Below, piece after piece: positions 63,447 to 64,000 of a stretch of DNA of 64,000 nt; position 1 is the first letter of the stretch, and each line of letters begins with the position of its first letter. The notes under the pieces are model-generated. The model was given only the letters and a program-made list of their open reading frames with translations, had not been told where the DNA came from and made no database searches. Location of the stretch: contig CBDATQ010000002.1 in assembly GCA_965199955.1 (NCBI GenBank), positions 1,024,001 through 1,088,000 on the forward strand, given 5' to 3'. The stretch is from Spirochaetia bacterium (GTDB lineage: Bacteria > Spirochaetota > Spirochaetia > SZUA-6 > Bin103). The position numbers and the translations under genes were made by a program.

Positions 63447-64000
63447 ATGGCAAAAGCCCAAAGCTCTTCGTCGGCCACGGCGAACGAATACCTCATCCAG
63501 ATCTATCTGATGCTGCGCGAGCGGCGGCCGGTCGTCGGCGCCCGCATCGCCGAGCGGATCGGGGTTTCGGCCGCCGCGGTGTCGCAGGCCCTCAAACGCC
63601 TGGAGCAGCGCAAGCTCCTCGTCCTCGACCCGGACGACGGCGTGCGCCTAACTCCGCGCGGCACCGGGCAGGCCGAGCGCACCATCCGCCGCCACTACCT
63701 GCTGGAACGCCTCCTGGTCGACGAGCTGGGCTTCGACTGGGTGGACGTGGATGAAGAGGCCGACAAGCTGGAGCACTCGCTGTCGGCGCGCCTGGAGGCG
63801 CACCTCTTCGAGCGGCTCGGCCGTCCGACCACCTGCCCGCACGGCAATCCGTTTCCGGGCTCGCCCGATGAGCGGCGCCTGCTCGAAGCGCCGCGCCTGA
63901 CGACCGTGCACGCGGGCGAGCGGACCTCGATCCTGCGCATCACCGAGGAAGCGGAGGAGAACGAGGAACTGATGCGCCGCCTCGACCAGGACCACCTCGT
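63447..64000 (+). CDS. DtxR/MntR-family metal-dependent regulator, runs off window end
   Basis: Manual translation: EYLIQIY..IAERIGVSAAAVSQALKRL..RRHYLLERLL..LEH..CPHGNPFP. Confidence 0.9.
   Translation, partial: MAKAQSSSSATANEYLIQIYLMLRERRPVVGARIAERIGVSAAAVSQALKRLEQRKLLVLDPDDGVRLTPRGTGQAERTIRRHYLLERLLVDELGFDWVDVDEEADKLEHSLSARLEAHLFERLGRPTTCPHGNPFPGSPDERRLLEAPRLTTVHAGERTSILRITEEAEENEELMRRLDQDHL

Overview
High-GC bacterial chromosomal window. The core block tRNA-Glu-murC-yicC-cmk-rpoZ-miaA ... folP-acpS-truA-udg-priA-def-fmt-PASTA-tRNA-Gly resembles spirochaete gene order (inference from recalled synteny). The most notable region is a decaying defence islet at about 3.8-13.4 kb. It contains type I hsdM, an intact HEPN (HI0074/HepT-type) toxin gene, and an hsdS whose N-terminus is a fused MNT antitoxin domain. 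That hsdS is split by two complete IS elements, each with inverted repeats and a 6-bp target duplication. It is followed by a truncated XRE-HTH remnant and a 464-aa RxxxxH protein, and no hsdR is present. Other content: a copA/cueR copper locus with two CueR-type operators and an intervening HEPN-MNT pair, a small ribosomal-like peptide missing from the ORF track, many catabolic enzymes, a DUF4160/DUF2442 pair, and a 105-bp palindromic element inserted in-frame in a dimethylformamidase-like gene. Many gene remnants and frameshifts are present; some may be sequencing errors. Family assignments come from motif recognition only; no searches were run.
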